A DNA stretch of 64,000 bases from Geosiphon pyriformis uo1 (taxonomy: Eukaryota > Fungi > Glomeromycota), in assembly GCA_016748015.1 (NCBI GenBank), contig JAAOMT010000200.1:901502-965501 (forward strand), in the 5' to 3' direction. The notes beneath the pieces are model-generated. The model saw only the letters and a list, made by a program, of their open reading frames with translations. It was not told the origin of the DNA and made no database searches. Below are positions 25,586 through 40,661 of this stretch, piece by piece. Both the position numbers and the translations under genes were made by a program. How positions within the stretch are numbered: position 1 is the first letter of the stretch; each line of letters begins with the position of its first letter.

Positions 25586-28195
25586 GGCTTTAAAAATTTT
25601 CGAAATAGATTATTGCCTGTATCGAGGGTTGGTATTGTAGCGTAAAACACTCTATTAACAACTTTCATTATTCAGATAATATTTCTTTCTTCCTTTCTTC
25701 TTTCACTATATATTATATGAATATTTTTACATTAAGTTATTTTATATTTCCTGGCTCTTAAATTTACTTACTAAAACTTACCAATATTCTGTCATTTCCA
25801 TATAAGATTGACCTTTTTATATAGTAATAGAGAGTTTAAATTTTAAAATTTCAAATAGCTCTTTCCACAAATAGTTTATAATATATATTTTTTTGAAAAT
25901 GAATATAATTTTGAAATATGCGACAAAGAAAAGTCACTCTATTATTTGGTTCTCGTTTCAAATTTGAGGTCATTAATATCCTTGAATTTTTTAATTTTTT
26001 TTGTTTCACATTTAAATATCAATAAAGTCTATTTTTAAATATATACAAAAATGGAAAGCTCAGAATATTTTGAATAGGGTCTTATAAAATAAGATGACAC
26101 TCACTTTAGAAAACTCAAATTTCTAATGAGGCCTGGTTTTATGTTCAAAGCATTTGGAACAATATGATTCATTTCAAAACCGTTGATTAAGAATAGGCTT
26201 AATTCGGTTTAAACTTAGGACTTTTTTATTTACGTACAATAGAAATAATTTTCATTAAATCAATTATGATTTGGCCCCAATCCAATTGAAGAGCCCTTAA
26301 ATTTCCCAAGAAACTAAAATTCCGCAATTCTATTAACTTTGACAGATTTCACAATGTTGAAACTCAAAGTTTTTCCCCAGTTAACCATTAAACTAAGCCT
26401 AAATGCATTCATCATTCGTGTTCTTAAACCTAAATATGTTACAGCAATTTTTGTACAATCGTTATTGATAAAAGATTGGTCAACCTGAAATTTTAAAGGG
26501 TATTCATGTGACTGATTAACTGTATAATGGGAACATCTAATTAGCATAATATTTAATTGCAACTTTAAATCATATAAATGTAATTAATTGCACCCATACA
26601 ATGTTATTTGTTGCATTTACAATTTCATCTTTAGTTGGATAAGTATTTTGGAAGTACAGCTTTCTTCACTTTAATCTTGGAATCACATTTGAATTTAAAA
26701 CTAATCAAACCTATTAGAAACTAAAAGACATATGTTTTAAATTTCAGGATCAATATGTTTTCTGTATATGTATTTAAAAATCAAAGTTTCTTTTAGACTA
26801 AATTGTTGGTTTGAAATAAGCTTTTGACATTTAATGAGTTCTTTGTATAGCTTTCACAAAATATGGTTTTCAATTGGCTGAATTCTAAGAATAAAGATAA
26901 TTTCGAATTAAAATATTTCCAAGCCTTATCGTGTTAAACTAAATTTGTATTGTTAATAAAAAGATATTTAATAATTTGGGCATATAAAATTTAAAACAAG
27001 TCTAGTTAAAAAAAATAATGCGAATACGAAGTTACTTCAACCCAAAATATTTTTTAAATTAAATGAAAGAAGTTTTCATACTTGAATAAGAAAATTTAAA
27101 TCAAATTCTCGAATAATTAATTTTTAAAATGTTACATGATAAAATATAGCAAAAATCTTATTTTGTAATTTCCTGCCAAACTTTATCATATAAACTGAAT
27201 TTTGAACCAATTTTTTGCTAATTTAACTTAAAACTAAATGATAAAATGATATTATGTCTTTTAAACATAATATAAAAATATTTTAATTATATCAATAAAA
27301 ATGAAAATAAAATAAAACAGATATATATATATATAATCTAAAAAGTTAACTTTCTTTAAAATTGTGTAAATGTGGAATTATTATGTTTGATTTTTTTATA
27401 AAAAAATTTTCGTAATTAAGAATTAATAAAAAATTAATGCGAAAAATAATTTAATATACATATAAAAATTTAATCTAAATTTACAAAAATAATTACATAA
27501 AAAAGCTCTTTTTTTATTTTCATGATCACAAATAGAGAAAACAATAAGAAAAAGCAATTACTATTTTTCTTATAATAACTAAGCGTGTTAAAACCAAAAA
27601 AGTTCTTTTAGTCATAAAAGCAAGTAAACAAGATGTTGTGTAAACACTTTTTTTAAATAACTCTGGTGTAAAGCAGCCTCCAGCTTTTTAAAAGCACTTT
27701 TTTTGAAGTCTTTTTAAGTCAAAATTTCTTCAAAACAACACATTAGAACCAGTCTTAGTGTTTCTATTACTATTATAAAGAGTCTTAATTACTTTTTTTA
27801 CTCTTGTTCAAATGCTAAAAAAATCAAAACAGCCAAGAAATAACTGCTTTTTTTCTACCACTACTATTTCTATTAAAAACTTTTTTTAAATTCTAAAAAA
27901 TACTTTTTTTCTTAGTATTTCTTGTTGTTTTTTTTCCTTTCTAGAAGATAAAGTTATAAATTTCTTTTTTTCTAAAGTTTTTATTAATTCTGTATTCCGA
28001 ATACCAAATACAATGGTTTATTTAAATTTAATTGTAAATAATAAAATTTTCTCTATTTTGAACAATAGCAGAAATATCACATTTATTAAAATAAATATAG
28101 ATTCATAAATAATTGTAATGTTAAAGCAGTTAACTTTGGTAGATTATTGCCAATTATTGTCAATGATAGAGCAAAACAAATTATGTTTCAATATA

Positions 28196-28641
28196 CAGTC
28201 GAACCTCCTTAAATGCACACGCTCTCTAAGTGCACAGTTACTACTGGTCCCGTAATGGGACTTATAGATAAGAGCACACTCTTCACTCTATAAGTACACA
28301 TTATTTTTTAGACCGATCTATATATAGTATCTCTCCATAAGTGCACATCTCGTAATTACACCAATCAAATTTTGTAATTATATTGTGAAAATCAATGTTG
28401 TCAACAAAAAATTTTTTTCTAAGTTAGATGTATATTCGAAAACCGACTGACATACTATCAAGTTAGAATATGATGAAACATTATTAGAGTTACATAAAGG
28501 GATAAAAATGCTTCATTGAAACAAGTCAGTATTGAAACTTTTTTGTAAATTGAATAAAATTTATTAGTAGCTTTTAATTTCACCAAATAATAGAATAGTC
28601 CCAATATATTAATATAGTTATTTTTCAGTCAAAATCAACTG
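28196..28641 (+). mobile_element. Pogo/Tc1-mariner-type internally deleted DNA transposon relic
   Basis: The left end is TA|CAGTCGAACCTC followed by repeated TAAGTGCACA-like subterminal motifs. A C-terminal LKQVSIETF (PIP-box-like) fragment lies at ~28516-28545. A possible decayed right TIR AAAATCAACTG|TA lies at 28631-28643. Confidence 0.5.
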
Positions 28642-31600
28642 TAGACTCTTCAAAAATAAGTAATAAAGGAAAAAATAATAGTGCTAATATGTTTTTATTG
28701 ATTTGGAAAAGAGAATGTTTCTTTTTAAGCTGAGAATAAGCTTGATTTAATCTATTAAATTTGGTAGCTAATTAAATTTAGAGTGTTGGTTGAAAATAAT
28801 TGTAAAAGAATTTGGTTTTCAAAGTAAAATTTATTTTTTAATAGTGACTAATGTTTCTATTAAGGATTCTGATTAAATATAATATGTTTTTCGAAAAAAA
28901 AGCTTTTATTTTATATATTTGGTTGTAATACTATTTTAAATTCTGATTTCTTTATTTTATTAATATTTTTATGAACTTTTAAGAGCTAAATATATATATT
29001 TCAAAAATTATAAATAATTTTGGTAAACTATTGAAAATTTTAGTGAATTTCTAAATGTTTTGGTAAATTCTTAAATACTACATAGTTTAAAGTATTACAT
29101 AATCTAATTATACATTTAATTATATTTTGTTTATTATACAAACATAAATTAATTACTGGCATAGTTCTTAAAAAAATTTCTTAAACAAGCTTTGTAAAGC
29201 ATACAAGTATGTAATTAAAACTTATAATTGTAGAGCATATAAACAGAAAACAATTTATTTTTGATCTTTATAACAAAAAACTTGCACAATTATCTTTCAA
29301 ATTTTCAAATTATTAAGATTTAAATAGTACTATAAACTAAATAAATGCATTTGTTATTTTTTAGTATTTAATTAACTTTAAATCAGATTTTGTTGGTATA
29401 TTAACTTTTAAAAAAATATTTTAATAGACGAAAAATATTTTAGCTGATTTTAAATTAAACAACATTTTTATTTTATAAAAAGTGATTAAAGATTTTTAAA
29501 TTTACCAATTTTTGCTGTTAATTTATAAGAATTACTATTTAACTAACTGCTTTAATATTTAGAAATAATTGTTTATGTATAGCGTTAAAGTTAATATTAT
29601 ATTTTAAATTTTTAAACGAGTTTTTGTTATGAATTTTGTTCTAATTTATGCTGATTTTTTAAGTCATATATTATTAATATTAATGTTTTAGATTTTACTT
29701 TTGAAGCAATTCTGTTATAATTTAAATTAAATAATTAAATATATTTTATTGTTTCTATTTACGTTAATTTTTTGCTTTAGAAATAATTATAATGTATAAA
29801 ATACAAAGCTTGTAACAATTACTTTTATTTTTAAATAATAATAATAATAATATAAATATGATCAGATATATCGCACTAATAGATAGCAAGAAAAAATAGT
29901 ATTGTATGATAATAAATTGATCAAGAGTAAATTCAACTTTAATGAGCAAATTAAATTTGTAAAAATTCAATATGTGATATCAGTTTTATAAATATCTCAG
30001 ATATTAATCTTTTCAAAAAATAATAAGAGAATCTGAAAGTAGAAAGATAATCCATACTATCAACAAAAATAACACACTGATATAATTTTATGTCTTATAT
30101 TAGTGCTTTTAAAATTCAATATTAGATATTAGTTATATTTTTTAGTAAACATTTAATATATTTCACAAAAACTAACAATTATACAAATTAAGAAAGAAAA
30201 AGAAATAGTAAAAAATAAATAAAAAAGTTGATATTGTTGTATTAATTTTTGTTTGAATAAATTTTTATAGCTTTGAAAGGTTTTGCTTATATATTTTTTT
30301 AAAAAATTAATAATTAGATTAGTAATTACATTAATAATTTAGTTAATAATCAAGTTAATAATCGAGTCAATAACCAAGTCAATTATATTAACAATTACTT
30401 CTAAAAATAGAGTGGCTAATACATATGACTAGATATGACTAAATAAATAAGATAATTATTAATTTTATCTTGTTAGTATATAATACCAAATTATTATTTA
30501 TTATAAATAATTTTTTTTAATACATTATAACGATCTGAATTTTAATTGGTTTAAAAATAATGGTTAATTTAATTTTTTATTATTTTAATTTATTGTGAAG
30601 TAGATTAATGTTTTTTTACAATATTTAAAATTTAAATTTAAAAAAAAGTTTACAGCCAGCAATAAATTATTTTGTTTAAGTCTAAATATTTTAAAATTAC
30701 AGTGTTTTTTTATATTCAAATTCATAACTTCAAATAATTTATAGCTATTAATATTTATGCTTACAAAGTTTTAATAATTTTATTATATTTAATTTATTAA
30801 CCACAAAATTGAAATATTTAAACAGATTTATTTTATAATAATTTAATTTATGTTTTAAAAAAAAACCATAACAACTTACCTATTGGCTATTTTAAAATTA
30901 GCAAAATTTTATACTTGTTATTAAAAACTATTGATGACTAAGACAATAAAAATTTCTTGAAGATTATATTAAGTTTTGTATATTTATTTTCAATTTAAGA
31001 TTTTTTGTTATTTTTTTGGTTTGCTGTAATCTTTGCTTATTTTAAAACATTTGAAATCTATTTTATAAATTTATAACAAATTTGTTTAGTTTTTGTTATA
31101 ATATTATTAAATTTTATGGTCTTTCAGAAAAATATTATTATCATTAAAAATTAAAGTTTTTATTAGATTATCACATGTTTTAATCTTATATTACATAATA
31201 AGCACTTTATTTTTAAATAATAATATTAATCTAATGATTAATTTAATTGTTAATTTAATTATTAATTTGCTTATTAACTTAATTATTGACTTTTCTAAAA
31301 ACTAAAAAATAATGTTTTTCTTAACTAAAGAAAAAACATCAAGCAATAGAAGTCCAATTTCTTATTTTTCTGTTATATTTTTTATTTTTAAATAATTATT
31401 TGTTTGTTTTTACATTTTTTTATTTATTTTGTTAAAATTAATCTAAAAAGTTATTTGTTTGCATTTGTAATTTATTGAATAAAGAAATACTTATCGATTC
31501 TAAAAATTGCCAAGTAAAAATAATAACAAAAAAACAATAGTTTTATTACTAATTTGTTGTTAAAAATTTTAAAACTCTTAGTAATAAATGTAGCACTAAA

Positions 31601-33750
31601 ACTTTTTTTAACGTGTTATTTAAATAAAACCCTAATTTAAAAAAACTTCAAGTTTAAGAGAAAAAGTGCTTCTAAAACAACTAAAAATTGTGTCAAATCT
31701 GTATTATTTAAGAAATTTTTTTTTATTGTAAAAAATATTTTTTAATTTATTGTTTTTTCTTTTTGGCTCTGGTTGTGAAAATAAAAGCTAAAAATAAAAA
31801 AGCTTATTTCTATTTTATAATATTAATAAAAATTAATAGATCAAACTTTTTTGTAATAATTAAAAAATTAGTTTTCTCTAGTTTATAAAATATTAAACTT
31901 TCTTAAATTTTAGATTTATTAATTATATATATAATTAAAAATAAAAATAAATTAAAACGGAAATTTTGAAAGAAGTGTTTAATTGTATATTTTTTATTAA
32001 AAATATTGCAAAGTTGTTCAAAAAAAAAATTAATATTATAATTATTAATATCAAATTCTTTGAAAAAATAATGATTCAAGAAATGTTTATAATAATTTTG
32101 AAACTTTAATACACAAAGCATTTTTTATAACTATTATTAAAAATAAAATTGCCACAATTATAAATAAATATTATATAAATTATAATTATATAGTTTATAT
32201 CTTATTAAAAATGTCTTTCTTAGTTATTGTATTGTGGTTTTATTTCAATTAATAAAAATTGATCCATCAAAAATCTAAGCAAAAAATTTTGTGATATTGA
32301 ACTAATTATTATTATATTTCTAGATGAACATAATTTTTTATTTATATTGCAGTATATCATTCTTTAATATAGTTTTCTTATTGTATTATAATTCACTAAC
32401 AATTATATTAACCGAGAAAAGTTTCATATAGCTAATTAATAAAAATTAAAATTTTTGATTATGTTGGCTTTGAAATGTCTCATTTTAAGTAATATGCAAT
32501 TGTCATTTTTCTATAATTTTTGAAAATTTTCTAAGCTGTTAGCTGGAGAAATATTCCAGCTTCTTTTATGTGCAAATTCAGCTTAAATTTTTTCATTATA
32601 TCAATTTATCTATTTCTTTCAGAACAGGCTCCCTTCATTTCTGGATAGAAATTTTGAAAATAATAAAAAATATTTTACACTAAAAAGATATTATTAGGGA
32701 AAAAAGTAAAGGAACTTATTTCCAGCGCGATTTATTTCTTGGACAAGACCTTAAATTTGAAATAATTTAGATCGAATTATTTGTAAATTTACACTTTTAA
32801 AAAAGTTCTCATAATTTTTAACTTGTCTGCAAACAAATCACAAACAGAAAAAGCCGCTTCCAATCCCTCAAGAATTAGGATAATTTCATTAAGTTTACCC
32901 AAGTAAGCAAGCTTCTAGGAATGGTTAGTTCACAATACTTTTTATTCTTTTTGGTTCATTTAAAATCTATATAGGAGTTTGTAAACGAAAAATCATAAGC
33001 TTCTAAAAAACCTTTGATGTCAATAAGATATGTTCTTCCAACAGCAAATAAAAATCATGCTTATTATTTATGCACCAAGAAATAAATACTTAAACTGAGA
33101 ATTTTAACTTTGCTGATTTGAAAAAAATGACGTATTAGAATAGGTAGTAATTCAAGAGACAGTTATTTTATCTTTAATTAAAAATAATTTTTTAAGGAAT
33201 TGGACCCTTAAAAACTTTGCCCAAAATGTAAAAACTTTCCCAATTAAAATAATGTCTTGACTCATGAAATTTCATTATTATAGACTTCTTATAAAGGTTA
33301 TCAACGAAGAAACCAAAATGGGTAATTGAATTCTGATTTTTGGGAAAATTGACGGGCCGAAAGGTTTCCAGTCATTGTTTTCTTTTATTAATATGGGTTT
33401 CGGCAATTATCGTTATCAATTACCAATCAAAATACCAAACCAGGAAGGCACAGTTTTATTAATAATCCAGACTAGTCATGAATCAAAAGATATAAATCAA
33501 AACCTTAAATCTGTATTTGCTATTGATAAGCCAAACAAAAAAAATCTAGTTAATGCAGAAGGTCGTATTAGTCTCTGCCAACCGGATCAACAAAAATCAT
33601 GTCTTGAAACAGTCATAATTATTCATCTAAGAATTCGGGTTTCCGGAAAATCAGAGAACAATATATATAAACACCAAGGTTATCTTTAAATAATTTAGAT
33701 TTTCTTCAATTACAATTTTCTCTAAAAAAATTAAAGATTCTTTTCTCAAA

Positions 33751-35310
33751 ATGTTACGCTCCGCTTTTCGAGCCACAAATATAATTGCTCGTCGTAGCGC
33801 TTTGTCAACAAGTTTAATTTCAACTTATTCGACTCAATTTTCAAATATTGTTCATAAATCTCCTGTAAGATTCATCACTGAAAGTGGTGCTCCAAAAGGT
33901 GCAGCTATCACGAGTAGTGCTTATGCAAAGCCCTCGATAAACAACGACACCAGCGATAAGGATCGTGACGCAATTTTGCAACAAATTCCAGCCGAATTGC
34001 TACGTACACCTCATCCAAGACCTGTTCGTAATGAATTCATCGATGCGAAGAAACCATTGACAACGAAAGATCTGGAGAAAATTGATATTAAAATTAATTT
34101 GCATCGTGAACCAGTTACCTTCAAGGACAAAATTGCTTATACTGTGGTGAAATTGTTAAGAATTCCAACGGATATGTTCTTTAAGAAGAAATATATTCAT
34201 CGATCAGTTATGTTGGAAACGGTAAGAATTTTCGGTCTAAAAATAACTGTTAATTTTAATTTTTCATAATTCGAGATTTCGTTCAACGTCTGGAAAAGGC
34301 TCTTTCAAAATAGTTCTTCCTAAATCAAATTTGCATAGGGGTGCACAGCCTTCTGTAATTATGATCAAAACAGATCAAATTAATACGAGAAAACTATGAT
34401 ATTAATACTTTTCTTTGTAACTTTTAGCGTAAATGGAACTTTCTCGTACCTAATATATTCCTTAAACCTCTGATTTTTAGGTTGCTGCCGTACCAGGAAT
34501 GGTTGGGGCTACACTCAGACATCTTCGATCACTTCGTAGAATGAAACATGACGGTGGTTGGATCGAACATTTGCTACACGAAGCAGAAAATGAACGGTAA
34601 TAATCTGCTAATTCTCGTTATAATTCAGAAGGTGGGCTCTAATATTTACGGATAAGGTTTCAATTTTAGCATGCACTTACTGACATGGATGCGTTTTTCA
34701 CAACCCAATCTTTGGGAAAGAGGCTTAGTTGCTGTTGTTCAAGGCGTTTGGTATAATGTCTTTTTTGTTTTATATCTGATTAGTCCAAGTACTGCTCATC
34801 GCGTTACCGGTTATCTTGAAGAGGAGGCAGTCATTAGTTATACATCTTTTTTGAAAGGTGTGTTTTTAATAAGTTTATCATGATTTTGCGTGTAAAGCTT
34901 GATATTGATTCTTCGAATTTTTTCCTTAGAGATCGATAATGGTAATATTCAAAATATTCGTGAAGTACCTGAGATTGCTTTAGAATATTGGAAACTTGAC
35001 CGAAATACTGCTACCTTACGTGATGTTGTCCTAGCAGTGCGTGCTGATGAAGCAGTACACAGGTAATTTATTTTTTTATGAATTTAAATGAATTGGATAT
35101 TTAATCTCAATGGATTAAGAATACAGTCCTAAGAATATTTCTTTATACATGTATAGGGATTCCAACCACCACTTTTCGGATCGTCTGATTCTTCATCGTG
35201 AAGATTTAAGAGAAGATATCAAACTTGTTATAGCAGAGGAAGTGGCGAACAAGAGAAATAAAAATATTGCCGGTTTGAATCATAATGCAAATGAAAAATG
35301 GGCACACTAA
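33751..35310 (+). CDS. AOX: Mitochondrial alternative oxidase; 5 exons (33751-34221, 34481-34596, 34670-34857, 34930-35062, 35157-35310)
   Basis: The spliced product has the di-iron motifs [27 protein letters not shown] and [12 protein letters not shown]. All introns are GT-AG and in frame, and there is an N-terminal mitochondrial presequence. Confidence 0.96.
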
Positions 35311-36489
35311 GTAAAACCATGTACAATGACTGCGTTAAGGTGTATTAAGGGTCATTTAAAACTGATTAGAACATTGGAAGAGCATTATTCGATAAATTTA
35401 AATTATCTTCTGTCTTAAATATTTCTATACGACAATAGATGTACATTGTGTAACGAAAAAAATAGGATATTTTACTCATTAAATCATTTTTTTAACAACA
35501 CTCCAAAGATATTTTATTGAATTAATTCTATATTGCTGAAGAAAAGCTTTAGCAATTTGGTTTTGTAAGCTTGGAATTATAAATTCTGAAATAGGATTTT
35601 AACGTAAAAAAGCAGATCTAGTAGTTTTTTTCAAATGTCTGGTTTTCTATGTTAGTTTTTATTAAGACTGATATGGTTAAGTCTAGAACCTTCTATAATG
35701 ATGAGGCTTTAATTTCTTTAGGATGATATTCATTATACACGCTGGAAAAACTAGTATTCTGCATTCAAACAAGCCTGTCATGAATGAAGGGTTTGTGAGA
35801 GAAGTTGGTTTGATATTTTGAACAGAACTTGGCTGAAAAATAATAGGCCAGTAACTTTATTCGGAACCTAGCCGAAATGTAACAATTTTTATAATTTTAA
35901 AAGCCTTGGATTATTGGACATACAAATTATTTCTGATTAAGGTTACCGTAAATTTGCCTGGAGAAAAATTCTTTTGTGTACCCCCGTTTGAAAAGCCTCT
36001 TTGACCTTTAATTTTGTTTCCAAACAGAATTGCCCCGTTTTTGACTAGGGAACACAAAAATAGTAAGTCTAACTGAGATAAAGGTAACGTAACATAAAGC
36101 AAGCGGAAATTTTTGAAGCCTCTATTCCTTCGCCTCAAAGCAATCGATCAACTCTTTATTTAGCTTAGCAACCATTAAAATTCCTCTATTTAATGCAGCA
36201 CGCATATCAATTCTAATAAAAATAGGTTTAAAAATAACGTTGAAAAAATTTGATTGTTCTCCGAATTCTGTGCAAAATATTTTTAGAAATCAATGCCTTA
36301 ACTTATTCCTAAACGAGTCATCAATTCAAAATAGGTTTACGAGTACCAATAAACGTTATTTTAGGCATGAATTTGATAAAGGAAGGGAATTCGTCCGTTT
36401 TTCCTTCTGAAATCTTCGAATTTTCTGGGAATTATCTTTCAAAAAGAAAATAAATCCAAATTTCCCCCATAGAGACTTCAAAAGCACAA

Positions 36490-38350
36490 ATGGTTGAACA
36501 CAATTCGAAAATATTTGTGTGTTTGCTGCTAACAATTTTTCTCGCTTTATTTATATCGAACGAAACTCAATTTGTCGTCAGTCAACCGCAACCAACAACA
36601 GCGAAAACTTATAAATCAGTTGAAGAATGTCTCGCTGCCACTGGAGCAAAAATAGTTTTGGCTTCTGATCCTTTATATCAAGAAGCAAGACTTGGGGAAC
36701 GAATACGGTCTTTATGAGAAGAATTTTTAATTGGTTTTCGTGTACCATTTCTTAATTTTGTATTCTCATCAATTACACAGAGTCCAGCATTATCCCACAG
36801 CTATAACTTTTCCCACAAATACTTCCCAAGTCCAAGCATTAGTTTTATGTAGTACAGGTTTCCAGCACAAACCCATCCCCAGAAATGGTGGTCATAGGTA
36901 AGAATTTGTGGAAATTAGTTTTCAACCCAAAAATATTATTATTCTAATCGATTAAAATATTGTTGTATTTAAGTTATGAAAGTTACTCTTCAAGCGATAA
37001 TTCAATTGTGATTGATGTCAGTAAGATGGTTGATATATCGATAAATCAGAACGCTAAAACCGCTATCGTTGGTGCAGGATGGCGTATTGGCCCATTATAT
37101 CTACGACTAGACCAAGAAGGTTTTACGATAGTTGCTGGAACCTGCCCATCCGTTGGACTCTCCGGGCTTATAGCTGCTGGAGGATACGGTATACAAAGTC
37201 GGCAATACGGAGTCACGTATGTCAAAATTTCTCTTTCGCTTCCAATTTATTCAATTCTTAGTTACATTTTTCATTTAGGGGGGATTTAGTGGCAGAGGCA
37301 AAAGTTGTCACTGCAGATGGAAACCTTGTGAATGCAAACGCACAGCAAAATTCAGATCTTTTTTGGGCAGTGAGAGGTGGTGGTGGTGGAACTTTTGGAA
37401 TAGTTACACAATGGACCCTGAACCTAATTCCATCCTGGAAACAAAACACCGTTTTTAAACTCACCTATCCGTTACAAAGTGCTCTTACCGGATTTAAATT
37501 ATGGTCAGAATGGGCACCAAAATCTCCAAACAATGTTAGCGCCTTTGCCCAATTGAACCAAAATGAATTCATTATTGTTGGTCATTTTCTTGGGACACCA
37601 GATCAAATTAAATCTATCCTTGACGCCGCTGGTTTGCGAAACATTGGAGGGACAAGTCCTTCTGAAACGTATCAACTTACAACCAATATCGGGGCCAGAG
37701 CGTATTTCGCTGGTAATGAGGATCAAAGCGTCCTTAATATTGGAACATCACCATTCACTAGTTCTGGTGGTGGTCTTGTAACTGAAGGTGTCTTGCCTGG
37801 CTTCCCGGCTGGACCCAAGGTTCGACGTGAACTTGAAAAAACAAAGTCAATGTATTTTGATAAACCCCTTACTAGCGATCAGGTAAAGGTCATAATCGAT
37901 CTTATCGCGAGATCTCCTGGTGCTTCATATGCTGCGTTTGATCCGTACGGTGGAATCTTCGCCGGTCAACCTTCGGATTTAACCGCGTTCCCCCATCGAG
38001 CAGGGACTTTATTTGGCTTACAAGTGAGCATTTTCTTGACGGGTGATCAAGCAAAAGATAAAGTTGATTTGGACTGGATAAAATCATGGGATGCGTTAGT
38101 CAGACCTTTTTCAAATGGATATAGTTATCAAGTAAGAATTTCATTCAAGATACTGTCTATCAGTGTATATATATAAACTAAACATTTCTCATGACACTTT
38201 TAGGGATACGTCGACGCAGATTTACAGAATCCTCAAAATTCTTATTTTGCTAACAATCTACAAAGACTACAAGAAATTAAAACCAAATATGATTTAAATA
38301 ATATTTTTTCGAACCCACAATCGGTGAAACCCGACTCGTCGCTAGGGTGA
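36490..38350 (+). CDS. Secreted berberine-bridge-enzyme-like FAD-linked oxidase (FAD_binding_4 + BBE; AA7-like); 5 exons (36490-36707, 36781-36897, 36974-37216, 37279-38131, 38204-38350)
   Basis: Hydrophobic signal peptide; RNGGHSY FAD-His motif across intron 2; AGTCPSVG second covalent Cys; DLFWAVRGGGGGTFGIVT; C-terminal BBE motif YQGYVD...YFANNLQRLQEIKTKYDLNNIFSNPQSV. Confidence 0.92.
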
Positions 38351-38638
38351 ATCAAATGATAAGCATCATACATGTATTTGAAATAGTAAAACAATTAGGG
38401 ATTCGTATTTTTTCTAAAATTCGATTTTAGATTCTCGTTTTTCCGCTACCCTGTAACTTCCTTTCTCGAATAAAAAACTAGGAGTCGATAACAATTACAT
38501 GTATAATGCATCATGACCTTTTATTGCCTGCTACTCGTGAAGTTCTCGAATTTTTATCTTTGAATTTTTGATAAATTGAACGTATTCTGATACCTCCTCA
38601 TTAAATACTCTGTACCCCAGTAAGTTTCTTATTCCACC

Positions 38639-39091
38639 ATGAAAAACCTTGGATCACCCTTACCTATTCAGATCGATATTCTATTGAAAGAGTTTACCGT
38701 GATATTCCAGAACCATCAAAAAACGGAAACTTCTGCAAAGCTCATTTTTTTTACTTTACTTCAAAAACATTCAATGAATCCTAAAAATTTATTCATTTAC
38801 TTGCTTAACCATTCAAAAACTGGTCTAGAATTTATTATGTTAGGTTTTTTGTATCGTTGGGGAGTTGGGGCGCCAAAAGATTTGAGAAAGGCAAGGATTT
38901 GTTTTTGGAAAAGTTTAGAGTTGAAATTTCGGGCAGCCTATTACTTTTTGCCAGATTTTTTCATAGTTGGGAATGGAGAAAACAAGGACTTGCATTTAGC
39001 CATCAAGTTGCACAAGAGTTTTTTGGAAAATGGAGGGAATGAGCATAATAACGATTTCGCTGTAAGACTATTTCAAAATGGTTGGTTCTAA
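38639..39091 (+). CDS. Short or truncated Sel1-like repeat protein (possibly a pseudogene)
   Basis: LGFLYRWGVGAPKDLRKARICFWKS is a Sel1-like repeat. A second degenerate repeat (GNGENKDLHLAIKLHKS) follows, then an early stop. Confidence 0.55.
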   Translation: MKNLGSPLPIQIDILLKEFTVIFQNHQKTETSAKLIFFTLLQKHSMNPKNLFIYLLNHSKTGLEFIMLGFLYRWGVGAPKDLRKARICFWKSLELKFRAAYYFLPDFFIVGNGENKDLHLAIKLHKSFLENGGNEHNNDFAVRLFQNGWF

Positions 39092-40366
39092 AAGACTGAA
39101 ATATATGCTTAAATAATATCTTCGGAGATAATGAGTTAAATTTAAGTCCATAATAAAGAAAACACCTTTTTGAATTTTTTTCCTAAAGAAGCGTTGACTT
39201 GAGAAAATTTTACTTAAATTTGTTTTTAACATATCTGAGAAAGTTAAGTAATGCTCTCTTTCAGATTTAAAATCGAAAATGAGCAAAGTTGGTTTATATT
39301 CAGTTAATTTCCCAGAGGCCAAGGATCCTAGCATTGTTCCCAAAAAGTACGGCACCAACTCAGGAGTCAACTTATGCCCAACACCAATTTCGTGGCTCGG
39401 CTTAAAACCTTGAGTGATAAGATTTATCACGCCACCATTCCCATTCCAAGTTGCTCAATAAAAGTTTCGTCGCGTTTTGCGAAATGATTATATTTTGTAT
39501 GAAAATATACCTTTTTTTTGAAATAAGTATATATATGTAATTTCAATCATATGAACACTTAACTCAGATTTTTCAGAAATTAAATAAAAAATGTTGAATT
39601 TTTTTCTTATGTATAAAACTCTGATTGTCAATAAAATATTAAAGATTTAATAAGTTCAGAAACTGTAACATGTATCATGAGAAATAGAAAAACAATGTCA
39701 AAAAAATAAATAAAAATTTAAACATGCCACCATATATTTGAAAATACATCATTAAATTTTTATAGAATTTTATAGAATTTTATTCTTAAGAATATCTCGG
39801 CCAAATAATGAAACAAATATAAATTTTGCAAAATATTTTGGTTCTTATATTGAGGAATTTTAAAATAAAGGATTTGCAAAAAAAATTATATAGGCTTTGA
39901 AGATATTTTTTGTTTGATTTATAATGTTTTACCAAAATCAATAATTTATTGGCATAGCCAAAAAAAATTTAATATTGTTGAAGTACTGAATCAAGTTGTT
40001 TTTTTGGTTTGTTTCTAGTTAATTGATCTGTTTTTTAATATAAATCAACTTGAAATTTTGTATAATTAATATTAAAAAGTTAACTTGAACAGCTTGTGTA
40101 TATTGGCATTAAGATATATTTTTGGTTATCATTTTACTAATAAGTTTAAAATTGATAATTTTAGCTTGACATTAACACTTGTTTTTTGTGAATAATAAAT
40201 GAAAAATACTTGTGTCACTATTTTAATATTAATACTAATGGTAAAATAGTTAAAAATAGAATTGTAATTGGTTTCAACTTTTATAAAAAAATGCTGTAAT
40301 TGTTTTTATGAAAAATTCCAACTTTTTATATGGAGTTATAACAAATTAAAAAATTTTAAATCTTGC

Positions 40367-40661
40367 TTTTCCCTTCGTCAAAATCACCTCGGCTACCGTT
40401 CATCTTGTAAACTCTATCTTCCTTAATGAGGTTAAACCAGAACTAGTCCTGACTTTCCTTTCCCCCACATACCTCTATAAGACAATTATCAAATACCATA
40501 AAGAAGAGAGGGTCGGTAGACAACATAACTTCTCAAGTTTAAAAAGGATGTTGTTCATAGTGTTAAACAAAACTCACGAGGAAAACTTGAATCTCAGGAA
40601 AAACTTCCCAGCTGGCCGTACATGTAATTGGAATGTACGCGTGATAGCTTCGGGATCTTGA
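40367..40661 (+). pseudogene. 5'-truncated inverted copy of the DUF4238 gene's 3' end
   Basis: Reads FPFVKITSATVHLVNSIFLNEVKPELVLTFLS..YLYKTIIKYH..FSSLKRMLFIVLNKTHEENLNLRKN..RTCNWN..SGS*, matching the C-terminus of 16339-17655. Homology continues into the 3' flank (40660-40940 vs 16060-16338). Confidence 0.88.

Noticed and set aside
39068-39430. 120-aa minus-strand ORF converging on the Sel1 fragment
   Set aside because: It has a GTG start, no motif and a low-complexity AT-rich tail; at most an unassignable gene remnant.
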